A stretch of DNA of 64,000 nucleotides, taken from an uncultured Acidobacteriota bacterium (GTDB lineage Bacteria > Acidobacteriota > Terriglobia > UBA7540). The stretch covers positions 1,184,001-1,248,000 of the forward strand of contig CAWDSK010000006.1 in the NCBI GenBank assembly GCA_963804995.1. Direction: 5' to 3'. The translations under genes were made by a program, and so were the position numbers. Below, one piece after another: positions 8,879 through 18,563 of the stretch. The notes beneath the pieces are model-generated. The model ran no database searches, was not told the DNA's origin, and was given only the letters and a program-made list of their open reading frames with translations. Position 1 is the stretch's first letter. Each line of letters begins with the position of its first letter.

Positions 8879-9112
8879 TCACGATGCGCTTTTTGTTGAT
8901 CGTGTCCGGTCCTGCCGTGGCAGATCGAGTTTATCCGGTGCTTCCAACCGGAACGGAACCAGTCCGGCTTGCACTTCCGCTTGTGCAATCCGGGTGGCGC
9001 GCTTCGATGGTGTTTGGATTAACGGCCTAGCGCCTTTTTGCAACTGTCGTGCGCGCGCGGCCACGACCAGAACGAAACGGAACTTGCTGTCAATTCCCTG
9101 CGGAAAATCCAT
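8879..9112 (-). CDS. rpoZ: RNA polymerase omega subunit-like protein
   Basis: IDSKFRFVLVVAARARQLQKGARPLI...ATRIAQAEVQAG matches the omega motif; GGAGG RBS. Confidence 0.8.
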   Translation of the reverse strand: MDFPQGIDSKFRFVLVVAARARQLQKGARPLIQTPSKRATRIAQAEVQAGLVPFRLEAPDKLDLPRQDRTRSTKSAS

Positions 9113-9294
9113 CCAGCTTAGCCTCCAAACTGGAATTCCATTTTCGCCTTCCAGCGGCTCCGATTATACATCCACTTGTCTCCCCTTGAACGATGCGTTG
9201 GGAACGAAAAACGCCTTTTCCGGCGAGGTTGCCGTCGCATATCACCTCGGAGCATAGTGTGGGAAACCTGTCGATGTCCTTAGGCTGGCTGGCG

Positions 9295-11207
9295 GTTGCG
9301 GTAGGGATACCGGTTACCCGGTACCCCCCGCACGGATCCGTACGTGCGCTGGTTAGCGCATACGGCTCTTATCTCGGATGTGTGGCGGCGAACCGTTGGG
9401 ATGGCCAAGGATGCACAACGTGCGGAGCAGGCAACCAGCAGGCCGCAAGCTTCCCCAGTCGGTCCCAGTTGAGGCGGTGGCGTTGACTGCGTTGACGCAG
9501 TTGTGTTCGCCACAGTCGGGTCAACCGTTCCCGAAAGATTCGCAGGCGGTCGAGGTTTCCCGGTACCGCGTGATAGTTGAAGTAGCCTTGCACGACCGAC
9601 CGGAGCCATTTACCCGTATCCGCGATGGGATCGTGCCGACGCTGCCGGAGTTGTTGCTTGAGTTCCTGCAACTTCCCCCGCAGGCGCTTGCTGATCGTCT
9701 TCCGCTTCACGGTAAATTGCCCCCTCCGGTTCTTCCCGCTGATATGCGTGAAGCCCAGAAAGTCGAACGTCTCCGGCTTACCTTCTCCTCTCCGTTTCCG
9801 GTAAAGTTCGGCAAACGGCCCGAACTCGATCCGGCGCGTTTTGTCAGGATGCAGTTCCAATCCAAACTTCCCCACCCGCTCCCGGAAATCCTCCAGAAAG
9901 CGGTCGGCTTCCGTCTGCGATTGGAATCCAAGGACCGTATCGTCGGCATACCGCACCACGACCACGTCTCCCCGGGCGTGCTTCTTGCGCCACGCCTGCA
10001 CCCACAGGTCAAAGACGTAGTGCAGATAGATATTCGCCAGCAGGGGCGAGACCACCGCCCCTTGTGGCGTACCCATCTCCGTCTCCGACCATTCGCCTTC
10101 CTCCCTCACCCCGGCTTTCAGCCATTTCTGGATGAGCCGGAGAATCCGGGGGTCGGCGACGCGATGCTGCACGAACTTGAGCATCCATTCGTGGGATATC
10201 GAATCGAAAAATCCACGAATGTCCGCGTCAAGAACGTAGTTCACGTGCTTCACCGTGAGCGCGTACGAGAGCGCGTCCAGCGCTTGATGCTGGCTGCATC
10301 CCGGTCGAAAGCCATACGAGAAGCCCAGAAAGTCTTCCTCGTAAATCGCCTTGAGGATGGTGACCACGGCCTGTTGGACGATCTTGTCCTCCAGTGCCGC
10401 AACCCCCAACGGACGTTGCCGCCCGTCGCCTTTCGGGATATACGCCCTTCGCGAGGGCTTCGCTCGGAATGCTCCGCGGTGGACCCGGCTGTGCAGATCG
10501 ACGAGTCGACCTTCCAGCCCGCTTTCATACTCCTGCCACGTCATGCCGTCTACTCCCGGTGCAGCTTTTCGCTTCAAGGCGTAAAAGCTTTCCCGCAGCA
10601 GATCGACCGTTAAGTGGTGGAGCAAGGCCGTGAACTTCATCTCCCTGTGTTCCTTCGCGGCTTTCCGCACACCCGCGAGTCCCTGGGACACGCGTGCCCC
10701 GCTCTGTGTCGGGTGCGTGTTAGGCCAACGGGTGTTCTCCTTGATCAGCGGCCTTCCCTCCTCATTCTCCGCCAACGGCTTCCCGTCTTTGTTCAAATGA
10801 TTCATCGGTACTGTTCCGCTGTCCGACTCCTCGAAAGCGTGCAGGCGGGCTGTACGGCCATCGCCTTTTCCCGCCGTCCGGCCACGATCTACGGCGGCCG
10901 GCGCCTCCGAGGTCTCCCGGTTCTCGTGCAGAAAGTGTCTAGGCGTGTCTGGGGTCTACGACTACGCAGGACTGTGCCGGAACTCGCGTTGGCGTCCCGG
11001 CCTCATGTTGCCTTCCGTTTAGTCTGAAAACGTCGGCGTCCTGATTGGACATTTTCGAAGCTCAATACCCAGCCCACCTATTCCCCTGTTTACGCTTCAC
11101 CGTGCGCCTCACGACGCCCAGCGCAAAACTCGGGGCCGAGTGGATCGCTGCTCCTTCCTCGTGAGAAATTTTCATTCTCTGCTTTCTGCCGGTTTATCCC
11201 GGCGCAC
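9295..11207 (-). mobile_element. Full-length group II intron (probably bacterial class E)
   Basis: 5' end GTGCGCC at 11207. Domains V/VI GAGCCGTATGCG...CGCACGTACGGATCCGTGCGGGGGG...CCCTACCGCAAC end at 9295. EBS1 loop at 11021-11026. Class assignment is from recalled sequence style only. Confidence 0.92.
9369..10805 (-). CDS. ltrA: Group II intron reverse transcriptase/maturase, no endonuclease domain
   Basis: APGVDG, RPLG, FSYGFRPG, GTPQG, VRYADD, FDFLGF motifs; ends after the X domain. Exact start uncertain. Confidence 0.93.
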   Translation of the reverse strand: MNHLNKDGKPLAENEEGRPLIKENTRWPNTHPTQSGARVSQGLAGVRKAAKEHREMKFTALLHHLTVDLLRESFYALKRKAAPGVDGMTWQEYESGLEGRLVDLHSRVHRGAFRAKPSRRAYIPKGDGRQRPLGVAALEDKIVQQAVVTILKAIYEEDFLGFSYGFRPGCSQHQALDALSYALTVKHVNYVLDADIRGFFDSISHEWMLKFVQHRVADPRILRLIQKWLKAGVREEGEWSETEMGTPQGAVVSPLLANIYLHYVFDLWVQAWRKKHARGDVVVVRYADDTVLGFQSQTEADRFLEDFRERVGKFGLELHPDKTRRIEFGPFAELYRKRRGEGKPETFDFLGFTHISGKNRRGQFTVKRKTISKRLRGKLQELKQQLRQRRHDPIADTGKWLRSVVQGYFNYHAVPGNLDRLRIFRERLTRLWRTQLRQRSQRHRLNWDRLGKLAACWLPAPHVVHPWPSQRFAATHPR

Positions 11208-11511
11208 CAGACCCCTGATCTTGGGGGTCTGCGCCAGCCAAGCGGGATCGGCCGTTCGTGCAAAGGAGCGACAATCAGCATCCTTTCGCTCTGCCTCGAT
11301 TGTGCTTCCTCCTCCCCCGAGGCAGAAAAATCGGCCAAGCGCGCGATGGCCACCGAGTTGCTGTAATTTGTGCCGTGAGCGTAAAGTACCTCCATCGGCA
11401 TCCTGCCGCGCAAACACCTTCTAACAATACGCATAATATTGATTGGAAAGACTTTGTTCGGGGGCACAGTAAGAAGTCTACCCTTCCAAGATGCCGAGGG
11501 GATCGACCAAG

Positions 11512-12102
11512 ATGGAACATCTAAGCAATCGCGTCCTTTTAGTAGACGACGATCCCCTTATCCGCAATGTCGTCTCACGATTCTTGGTGGCTGCGGGGTA
11601 TGTTGTTCGGGTGGCGATTGACGGTCTGGATGCGATAAAAAAACTCCGCGCGGGACCTCCTGTCTTGATTATTTCCGATCTCAATATGCCCCGTATGTCA
11701 GGGATTGAGCTTCTTAACGTAGTTCGCAAACGCTTACCTCAAATACCGGTCATTGTTATCAGTGCAGTTGCGGCCGATAAAATGCCAGAAGGAGTGGCTG
11801 CCGACGCTTACTGCCATAAGAATGAATTCCTATCTGAGCAGCTCCTGCAAACCATATCGGACCTGACAAGCAAACCTCCTCTACGAAGTATTCCCCCGCA
11901 CGTTGACAACAATCCCTTCCAGGCAATATGGGGGAGTGACGGACACTACATCATCTGTTGCGAAGATTGCTTGCGTGTATTCAGTGTCCTCCCCACCATT
12001 ACCATGGGGCGAGGTGAAAAGTGGACCCTCTGCGTGCACTGTGAGAAAGTCGTTCGCTTCCTCGACGCGCAGGGAGAGCCGCAGGGCTCTACACGGACGT
12101 AG
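11512..12102 (+). CDS. Response regulator receiver domain with C-terminal Cys-rich extension
   Basis: VLLVDDD, ISDLNMPRMSG; C-terminal CEDC...CVHC. Confidence 0.8.
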   Translation: MEHLSNRVLLVDDDPLIRNVVSRFLVAAGYVVRVAIDGLDAIKKLRAGPPVLIISDLNMPRMSGIELLNVVRKRLPQIPVIVISAVAADKMPEGVAADAYCHKNEFLSEQLLQTISDLTSKPPLRSIPPHVDNNPFQAIWGSDGHYIICCEDCLRVFSVLPTITMGRGEKWTLCVHCEKVVRFLDAQGEPQGSTRT

Positions 12103-12576
12103 TTTCAAGTGGTCACAGCTTGCTTCTGAGGGGTCACGCGTCACTGCTTTTGTGAGCGGATGGCGTGATGCTTCCCGGCCTCCGATCAGGTCACCTCAAA
12201 GTTCTGTGCTACAGTTGGCGAGCAGAGTCTCGTGGGTGGCGCATACGTGCCGCATTTTGGCATGTATGCGGTCACAACCTTCTTGCATAGAGAGCATGGA
12301 GTCACCGTTCAGAAAATAACATCTCCAACTGGACCACGGCCAGTCGCCTAAAGGCCGCATACATCCCCACCAAGGGCACCGGGACGTATCCGCCACCCGC
12401 GAAACCTGGCCGCAAGGCCATGGCGGGTTAGTCGAGTCCGGATATTCTTCACTGCCAGGTCTGCTTGTCCGATGGCAACTCCATCGAGGGGGAACTCTAG
12501 TAGCCTTTTCAAAACCCCGAATTCGACTCGCTAACCCATGATTCCAAAACGCCCAAAATGGGTTTTGAAACCAGCG

Positions 12577-13290
12577 CTAATCATGAAGGACTATGTTGAG
12601 GAGTGAACTGTGAACCAGCATGCCGCCGTTGTAGCCGCTGTAATCGATGAACCCGAGCTTGCGGAACTTGTTCATGAAGTGGCTGACCCGCGACCGGGTT
12701 GTTCCGATCATTCCCGACAGTGTTTCTTGACTGATCTTTGGAATCACCGGCTCCAGCTTGCCTTCCTTGCCAAAGTGCACAAGCAAAAGCAGAATCCGAG
12801 CCAACCGCTTCTCACTCGAATTGAACAGTTGATCGACCAGGTCCTCTTCAATTCGAATATTGCGGGAGAGCAGGTGGGCCGTGAAGAACTCCGAGTATTT
12901 TGGGTCGGTGTGCAGCAGCCGCACCATGGCCTTTTTGCGGATGCGCAGAACGGTCGTGGCTTCGTCCGCCGTGGCCGTCGAGATGCGCAGGGGTTGCCCG
13001 GCCAAGCAGCCTTCACCGAAGAACTCATCAGCACCGAGAAGCGCCACGATAGCTTCCTTCCCCTGCTTGGAAACCACGGCCAGCTTTACTCGGCCATTCT
13101 GAACGTAGAACACCGCATCCGCCGGATCGCCTTGCGAAAAGATCACTTGCTTACGCCGGTAGGACGAGACACTTTTCCCCTCGCTCACTCTCGTGAGCAA
13201 GGTCTTTGGGCCAATACGTAAGATCCGTTTCGGTGCTCTGGCCGCGATCCTGAGGTTAGCGGACATTCCCATTATCGTCGTTCCGCCCAA
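12577..13290 (-). CDS. Crp/Fnr family transcriptional regulator
   Basis: cNMP domain (FFGEGCLAG) and HTH (SQETLSGMIGTTRSRVSHFMNKFRK). Confidence 0.9.
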   Translation of the reverse strand: MGGTTIMGMSANLRIAARAPKRILRIGPKTLLTRVSEGKSVSSYRRKQVIFSQGDPADAVFYVQNGRVKLAVVSKQGKEAIVALLGADEFFGEGCLAGQPLRISTATADEATTVLRIRKKAMVRLLHTDPKYSEFFTAHLLSRNIRIEEDLVDQLFNSSEKRLARILLLLVHFGKEGKLEPVIPKISQETLSGMIGTTRSRVSHFMNKFRKLGFIDYSGYNGGMLVHSSLLNIVLHD

Positions 13291-13588
13291 CCAACAATAT
13301 ACACCTGACCGCCACTGGGTGCAATCGTGCGGGCGGGTTGGCGGGTTGGCTCCATCCCCCCCGCGCCGCTGTCAGCTCTTCGTTCGTTAGGCGCGGCCTC
13401 CCGTTTTGGGGTTCTTCCTTTGGAAAACCCGCAAATCTCCAAAACGGCGTCTGCACCAGACTTGTTTCTTCGCAACGGAACATTCGCTCAAATTGCACAG
13501 GAAGAACCGCGGACCTTAACGACGGAGGTCCGCGCTACGTTTGCTGCCACCTCGACCACGTCGCTCGGGGGCGGCTAGTCGTCCGAGA

Positions 13589-14023
13589 TCACTTAAAAGA
13601 ATCCGTCCGGGCTGGGTCATGGTCAGTCAAGTAACAGCCCTTAAAATCTTTTGTGATGAAGCTATCATCAGAGAACTTGAGAGTAACTTTGTAGTCGAAC
13701 GACCATTTGTTCCTTCTTTGCGGGTGGAGAGTCAGCGTGATGGTGCCGTTCGCGACTTCTCCTTTCGTTGGGTTGCCCTCCACCAGTAACGTGACGGTGT
13801 GGGTAGAATTCTTGTTCCAACGGCCTTCATTGCCTTCGGCCTTGGCGATTTCATGCCCGTCACTGGTCTTGACATAAACATCCAGTTTGGTTTGTTGATC
13901 CTTATTGTCGGTGGTCGTGTTAAACTTCACATCCGCGGAAGTGAGGGTTGGCTCCTGGGCGAACGCGGCTGACGTGAACACTGCCAAAGCGGCGAGCGCT
14001 AGGCAGGACATGATTTTTTTCAT
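13589..14023 (-). CDS. Secreted hypothetical beta-rich protein
   Basis: Signal peptide MKKIMSCLALAALAVFTSAAFA; AGGAG RBS. Confidence 0.75.
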   Translation of the reverse strand: MKKIMSCLALAALAVFTSAAFAQEPTLTSADVKFNTTTDNKDQQTKLDVYVKTSDGHEIAKAEGNEGRWNKNSTHTVTLLVEGNPTKGEVANGTITLTLHPQRRNKWSFDYKVTLKFSDDSFITKDFKGCYLTDHDPARTDSFK

Positions 14024-14441
14024 CTGAAATCTCCTTTTCTGATCTCAAGCTGGCTAACCGGTAATGAATCATCCCTCTTATACGGTCAAGCTAACGCGTT
14101 GTCTATGCCGTTCGGAACACTTGTTTGGTCAATAGTGCTCATCTCAGGTGAACCGCATCGGTGAGCGCCGGCGGGCGCGAAAAGCAGGTAGCGCATCAGA
14201 GTGTGGTCCTTTCACACTCTGCGGCTCTTATTTTGATAAACATGCGCGGTAGTAGTAATACGGTGTGATGACATGTGACGTGGTAACCCGATTTCTCAGG
14301 GGGTCGTAAGCGGTGATCGGCAGTCGCACGCAACAAATGAAGAGCCGCTCTTCGTTGTTTAGGCGGGCCGGCGCAGCGCGAGCGCAGCCCTGCGATTTGG
14401 TGTGGATTAAGCAGATAGCGCAGGACGGCAGAGCCCCCTAT

Positions 14442-14651
14442 CGTAGGGGCACCCCTCGTAGGTGCTCTGAAGTGCCGAGGTAACCTCGCGGTTGCATTTC
14501 GTAGCGGCGGGTTTACCCCGCCATTTTCGGGCGGGTTTGCCCCGCCACATGGCAAGGTCACCTCGCGGTCCCTTTCGTAGCGGCGGGTTTACCCCGCCAT
14601 TTTCCAGGCGGCTTTGCGCCGCCATATGGCGGGGTAAACCCGCCGCTACGT
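14442..14651. repeat. REP cluster upstream of the RAYT
   Basis: GTAGCGGCGGGTTTACCCCGCCAT at ~14500 and ~14577, inverted copy ~14626-14650, partial copy ~14530; unrelated GTAGGGGCACCCCTCGTAGGTGC REP at 14442. Confidence 0.9.
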
Positions 14652-14696
14652 CGGAGTGCTGAGGTGAACTCGCGGGTACGGTGATACAATCGCGCC

Positions 14697-15212
14697 ATGC
14701 CGGCCTCATACTTTGTCCGCAGGCGGAATCGCCTACCGCGGTCTTGCTACCTGGGCCACCAGTGGTACTTCATCACAGCGTGGACAGGATTGGGCCAGAC
14801 GCACTTTTCGAGTGGCGAACTGGAGAGATTATTGCTGGACCTCTTACGAGCACAGTGCTCTTCCTGCTCCTTCAATGTCTACGCCTATTGCTTCATGCCT
14901 AACCATGTGCACCTCGAACTCGTTGGCCTTTCCGACCAATCGGATGCGATCTTACTCCTCCACGATTTCAAGGGAAACGCGACATCACACGCCCGCACCC
15001 TGGGCATTCGAAACCTCTGGGAGAAGGGTTTCTACGACCACATTATGAGAGACGACGACAGGCCCAACGCGGTGGCGTGGTACATTTTCAACAATCCGGT
15101 TAGAAAAGGTTTCGTGAAGGACCCGCGCGATTGGCCGCATTCAGGCTCGTGGATGTTCGATTGGAAGAAAGCGGTGGGGCCCATTGAACAGTACAACCCA
15201 CCCTGGAAGTAG
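14697..15212 (+). CDS. REP-associated tyrosine transposase (RAYT, Y1 HUH family)
   Basis: YFIT, YCFMPNHVH (HUH), WEKGFYDHIMR, YIFNNPV; flanked on both sides by GTAG REPs. Confidence 0.92.
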   Translation: MPASYFVRRRNRLPRSCYLGHQWYFITAWTGLGQTHFSSGELERLLLDLLRAQCSSCSFNVYAYCFMPNHVHLELVGLSDQSDAILLLHDFKGNATSHARTLGIRNLWEKGFYDHIMRDDDRPNAVAWYIFNNPVRKGFVKDPRDWPHSGSWMFDWKKAVGPIEQYNPPWK

Positions 15213-15282
15213 CGGCGGGTTTACCCCGCCATTTCCGAGGCGGCCTTACGCCGCCACATGGCGAGGTAAACTCGCCGCTACA
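15209..15282. repeat. REP doublet downstream of the RAYT
   Basis: gtagcggcgggtttaccccgccat ... atggcgaggtaaactcgccgctac; the RAYT stop TAG is part of the REP GTAG. Confidence 0.9.
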
Positions 15283-15319
15283 TCATCAAGCAATCTTTGC
15301 CGGGGAATGAAGGTGAATC

Positions 15320-17428
15320 ATGAACCGATTAGGGGTGAACGTGCTCTGCGGATGGCTGAGCGTTTGTGCGCTCACCATGCCAGTTGCCTGGACACAGGAA
15401 AAGCCCGCGTCGAAGGCCTTTGATCTTATCGCCTGGAACGGCGGGAAATTCGTTTATGGCGCGGACTACTATCCGGAAGCCTGGGACGAAACCCAATGGG
15501 AAAAAGACGCGGTCATGATGCAGGAGGCCGGCATCAACTTCGTTCGCATGGGAGAATTTGCCTGGGTGAAGATGGAGCCCCAGGAGGGCCACTTCAACTT
15601 TGATTGGCTTGACCGGGCCTTGAAAGTCCTGAACGCGCATGGCATCAAGGCTGTACTGGGAACGCCCACCGCCTCTCCGCCTGCCTGGCTGTATGCGAAG
15701 TATCCTGAAATTGCCGCGATGGATCCGAACGGGGTGCGCTATCGATACGGCTCGCGCCGCAATTATTGCCTGCACAATTCTGATTTCCTTGCCGCCACGC
15801 GCCGGATCGTCACTGCCCTCGCGGAGCATTACAAGGATCACCCCGGCGTCATCGGCTGGCAGATTGACAACGAACTGGGTGATCCGAAATGCTTTGATCC
15901 CGCCAGCCGCGCGGCTTTCCAAAAGTGGTGCCAGCGCAAGTATCAAACCTTGGAGGCGCTGAATAAGGCCTGGGGCACGATCTTCTGGGGCCACACTTAT
16001 CAAGCCTGGTCGGAAATTCCCTTGCCCTGGAACACCCTCTTTAACACCCACAATCCCAGCCTGGCGCTGGATTACGACCGCTTCCAGAGCGACTCTTCGC
16101 GCGACTATCTTAACTTTCAGGCCGCCCTCCTGCGCTCGATTGCCCCCCGCCAAGCCGTCACCCACAACGAAATGGGCCTGTTTACAGGGGTTGATTACTA
16201 TGACTTCAATCGCTCGCTTGACTTCGTGGCCTGGGATAACTATCCCAACTTCGAGAAAGAGTACGCGGAGTACGCCGGGCCGGGCCTCGGTCACGACCTG
16301 ATGCGCGGGTCGAAAAACAATCAGAACTTTATGGTCATGGAGCAGCGAGGCGGCCTGCCGGGGTGGGCTGAGTTCTGGGGACGCCAGGCGCCCGGCGCAC
16401 TCTATCGCGTGTGGGCTTATCAATCGGTGGCGCACGGCGCGGATGGCGTCTGCTACTTTCGCTGGCGCACCTCCCGCTACGGGACGGAACAGTATTGGCA
16501 AGGGATTCTGGACCAGGACAGCTACCCCAATTCCCGCTACCGCGCGGTCGAGCAAACGGGAAAGGAATTGGGGCAATTGACAGAGCTGCTCCACGGTTCC
16601 GAGGTTGTCTCACCCGTCGCCATATTGGTTTCCCCGGATTCACGCTGGGCGTTTGAGATTCAGCCACTGGTCGCAGGCTTCGAATACGACCGCGAGCTCC
16701 ATAACTATTACGACGCTTTCCGCCGGGCCGGCGTCAACGTGGACGTGGCCTTCCCCCAAAGCGATCTCACTGCCTATCGCATTGTCGTCGCGCCCTGCCT
16801 GTTCGTCGCGGATCAGGCCCTGGCCGATAAGCTCACGGCCTACGTCAAGAACGGCGGGACCCTCGTCCTCACGTTCCGCTCCGGGGTGAAAGATGAATAC
16901 AACGTGGTGACTAATCGCACGCTCCCGGGAGTTTTCGCGGACCTGGCGGGGGTGGCCATCCATGAGTTCGATCCTCAGCTCAATGAAGAGCAAGAAGTGA
17001 TGGGCCCCGGTGAGTTGAGCTTCCCCTCGCGCGTCTGGTCCGACATCTTGGAGCCCACCACGGCGAAGGGCGTGGCAAACTATGAAAAGGGTTATTACGC
17101 CGGCAAAGCGGCCGTCACGGAAAACAGCGTGGGGAAAGGCTCGGTGTACTACGTGGGCACCGAATCGACCTCTCCCTTGTTCTATGACCGCCTGATGGTC
17201 CGCGCTGCGAAGAAAAGTGCTGTGCCTCTCAACGCTAAACTGCCCCAAGGCGTGGAGGTGGCCGTCCGCCAAAAAGGCGGGAAGAAAATCCTCTTTGTGT
17301 TGAACTACACCAGCCAACCCCAAACCGTGCCGCTTGACCAGGCGTATCACAACGCCCTGACTGGTGGAACTGAACCGATGGATGTGCAGGTACCAGCTTT
17401 CGACGTGAAGGTGCTTACTGGCCCATAG
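15320..17428 (+). CDS. Beta-galactosidase, GH42
   Basis: YGADYYPEAW, MGEFAW, WQIDNE, FMVMEQ, YFRWR; N-terminal signal-like sequence. Confidence 0.92.
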   Translation: MNRLGVNVLCGWLSVCALTMPVAWTQEKPASKAFDLIAWNGGKFVYGADYYPEAWDETQWEKDAVMMQEAGINFVRMGEFAWVKMEPQEGHFNFDWLDRALKVLNAHGIKAVLGTPTASPPAWLYAKYPEIAAMDPNGVRYRYGSRRNYCLHNSDFLAATRRIVTALAEHYKDHPGVIGWQIDNELGDPKCFDPASRAAFQKWCQRKYQTLEALNKAWGTIFWGHTYQAWSEIPLPWNTLFNTHNPSLALDYDRFQSDSSRDYLNFQAALLRSIAPRQAVTHNEMGLFTGVDYYDFNRSLDFVAWDNYPNFEKEYAEYAGPGLGHDLMRGSKNNQNFMVMEQRGGLPGWAEFWGRQAPGALYRVWAYQSVAHGADGVCYFRWRTSRYGTEQYWQGILDQDSYPNSRYRAVEQTGKELGQLTELLHGSEVVSPVAILVSPDSRWAFEIQPLVAGFEYDRELHNYYDAFRRAGVNVDVAFPQSDLTAYRIVVAPCLFVADQALADKLTAYVKNGGTLVLTFRSGVKDEYNVVTNRTLPGVFADLAGVAIHEFDPQLNEEQEVMGPGELSFPSRVWSDILEPTTAKGVANYEKGYYAGKAAVTENSVGKGSVYYVGTESTSPLFYDRLMVRAAKKSAVPLNAKLPQGVEVAVRQKGGKKILFVLNYTSQPQTVPLDQAYHNALTGGTEPMDVQVPAFDVKVLTGP

Positions 17429-17455
17429 CCGGAGGGGAAAAGAGCCCCCGGGTCC

Positions 17456-17536
17456 GCGACTTTTTGTCAATGTGGGACTGTCCCATTAGTTGCTCTCCGC
17501 GGGGCGTAGCGAGCGAGGTCCCACTACTTTCCCCAA
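17456..17536. repeat. Dispersed ~80-bp repeat with GGGAC(A)TGTCCC palindrome, copy 1
   Basis: Closely similar to 59547-59629. Confidence 0.8.
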
Positions 17537-17758
17537 TCTGACGCGTTTTAGTCTATAACTTTGTCATGTGCTGTTTCGTCATGCTGCGCGGGAAATCCGG
17601 CTGAGAATCGCGCCGTCAAATGCAGGTTATGGGCCGGGCCCGAAGTCGATCCTGGAATTCAGGGCCAAGAGGCAAAAGCCATCGGCACCCAGCGCTGTTG
17701 TATTGAACAGCAATTCCGGATCAAGGTAAGATCCGGTGGTTTCAAATGGAGGTCTGTA

Positions 17759-18550
17759 ATGCTACGCGCTCACAGGCTCATCGCAGTCGCGGTTCTGTGT
17801 GTCATTCCAGCGGTGGCTGCCGAGGACAAATTTTTCAACTCGAACGGAGTGAAGATTCGCTACACGGATCAGGGTTCCGGCGCGCCGGTGATCCTGATTC
17901 ACGGATTCACCGTCAACTTGGAGCATGAATGGGTGGAAACGGGCGTGCTCCCCAAACTCGCTGAACACCATCGCGTGATCGCGATCGACGTGCGCGGGCA
18001 CGGCAAGAGCGACAAGCCGCATGACCCAAGCGCCTACGGGCCTGAGATGGGAATGGACGTCATCCGCCTGATGAATTCCCTAGAAATCCCGCGTGCGCAC
18101 ATCATGGGTTACTCGATGGGTTCGATGATCACCGCCAAACTTCTCAGCGACCATCCGGAGCATTTCCTTACCGCCACGGTGGGAGGCGGCGCTGGATTCC
18201 GAACCCTAACACCGGAGTTCGCCAAGCTCCGCGCGGGATGGGAGGCGCAACTCGAGCGCGGTGAGATGACCGAGGGCTGGGCGGCTCTGCACAACGACCC
18301 ACTGGCGTTGCTCGCCGTAGTGAAAAGCATGCCGAGCCTGCAATGGGATGAGGCAAAAATGCGGCGCGTGCAGGTGCCCGTACTGGCGGTGGTCGGAAGC
18401 AATGACCCCTGGCTGGAAGGGGCGAGGGATCTTAAATCCGTGCTGCCCTCCGTGAAGCTCGTCGTCATCGAGGGAGCTACCCACGCTGGCGCGACGGGCG
18501 CGCTTTACCGGCCGGAATTCATCGCGGCCATCCGGGCTTTTCTCGATTAG
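17759..18550 (+). CDS. Alpha/beta hydrolase (secreted)
   Basis: LIHG, DVRGHGKS, GYSMG nucleophile elbow; GGAGG RBS before ATG 17759. Confidence 0.88.
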   Translation: MLRAHRLIAVAVLCVIPAVAAEDKFFNSNGVKIRYTDQGSGAPVILIHGFTVNLEHEWVETGVLPKLAEHHRVIAIDVRGHGKSDKPHDPSAYGPEMGMDVIRLMNSLEIPRAHIMGYSMGSMITAKLLSDHPEHFLTATVGGGAGFRTLTPEFAKLRAGWEAQLERGEMTEGWAALHNDPLALLAVVKSMPSLQWDEAKMRRVQVPVLAVVGSNDPWLEGARDLKSVLPSVKLVVIEGATHAGATGALYRPEFIAAIRAFLD

Positions 18551-18563
18551 CTCAGCACTTGCT

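Noticed and set aside
2074..10805. Diversity-generating retroelement (Avd-like gene plus RT)
   Set aside because: The RT lies within a complete group II intron RNA 7 kb away, and no template/variable repeat pair with adenine-specific mismatches was seen.
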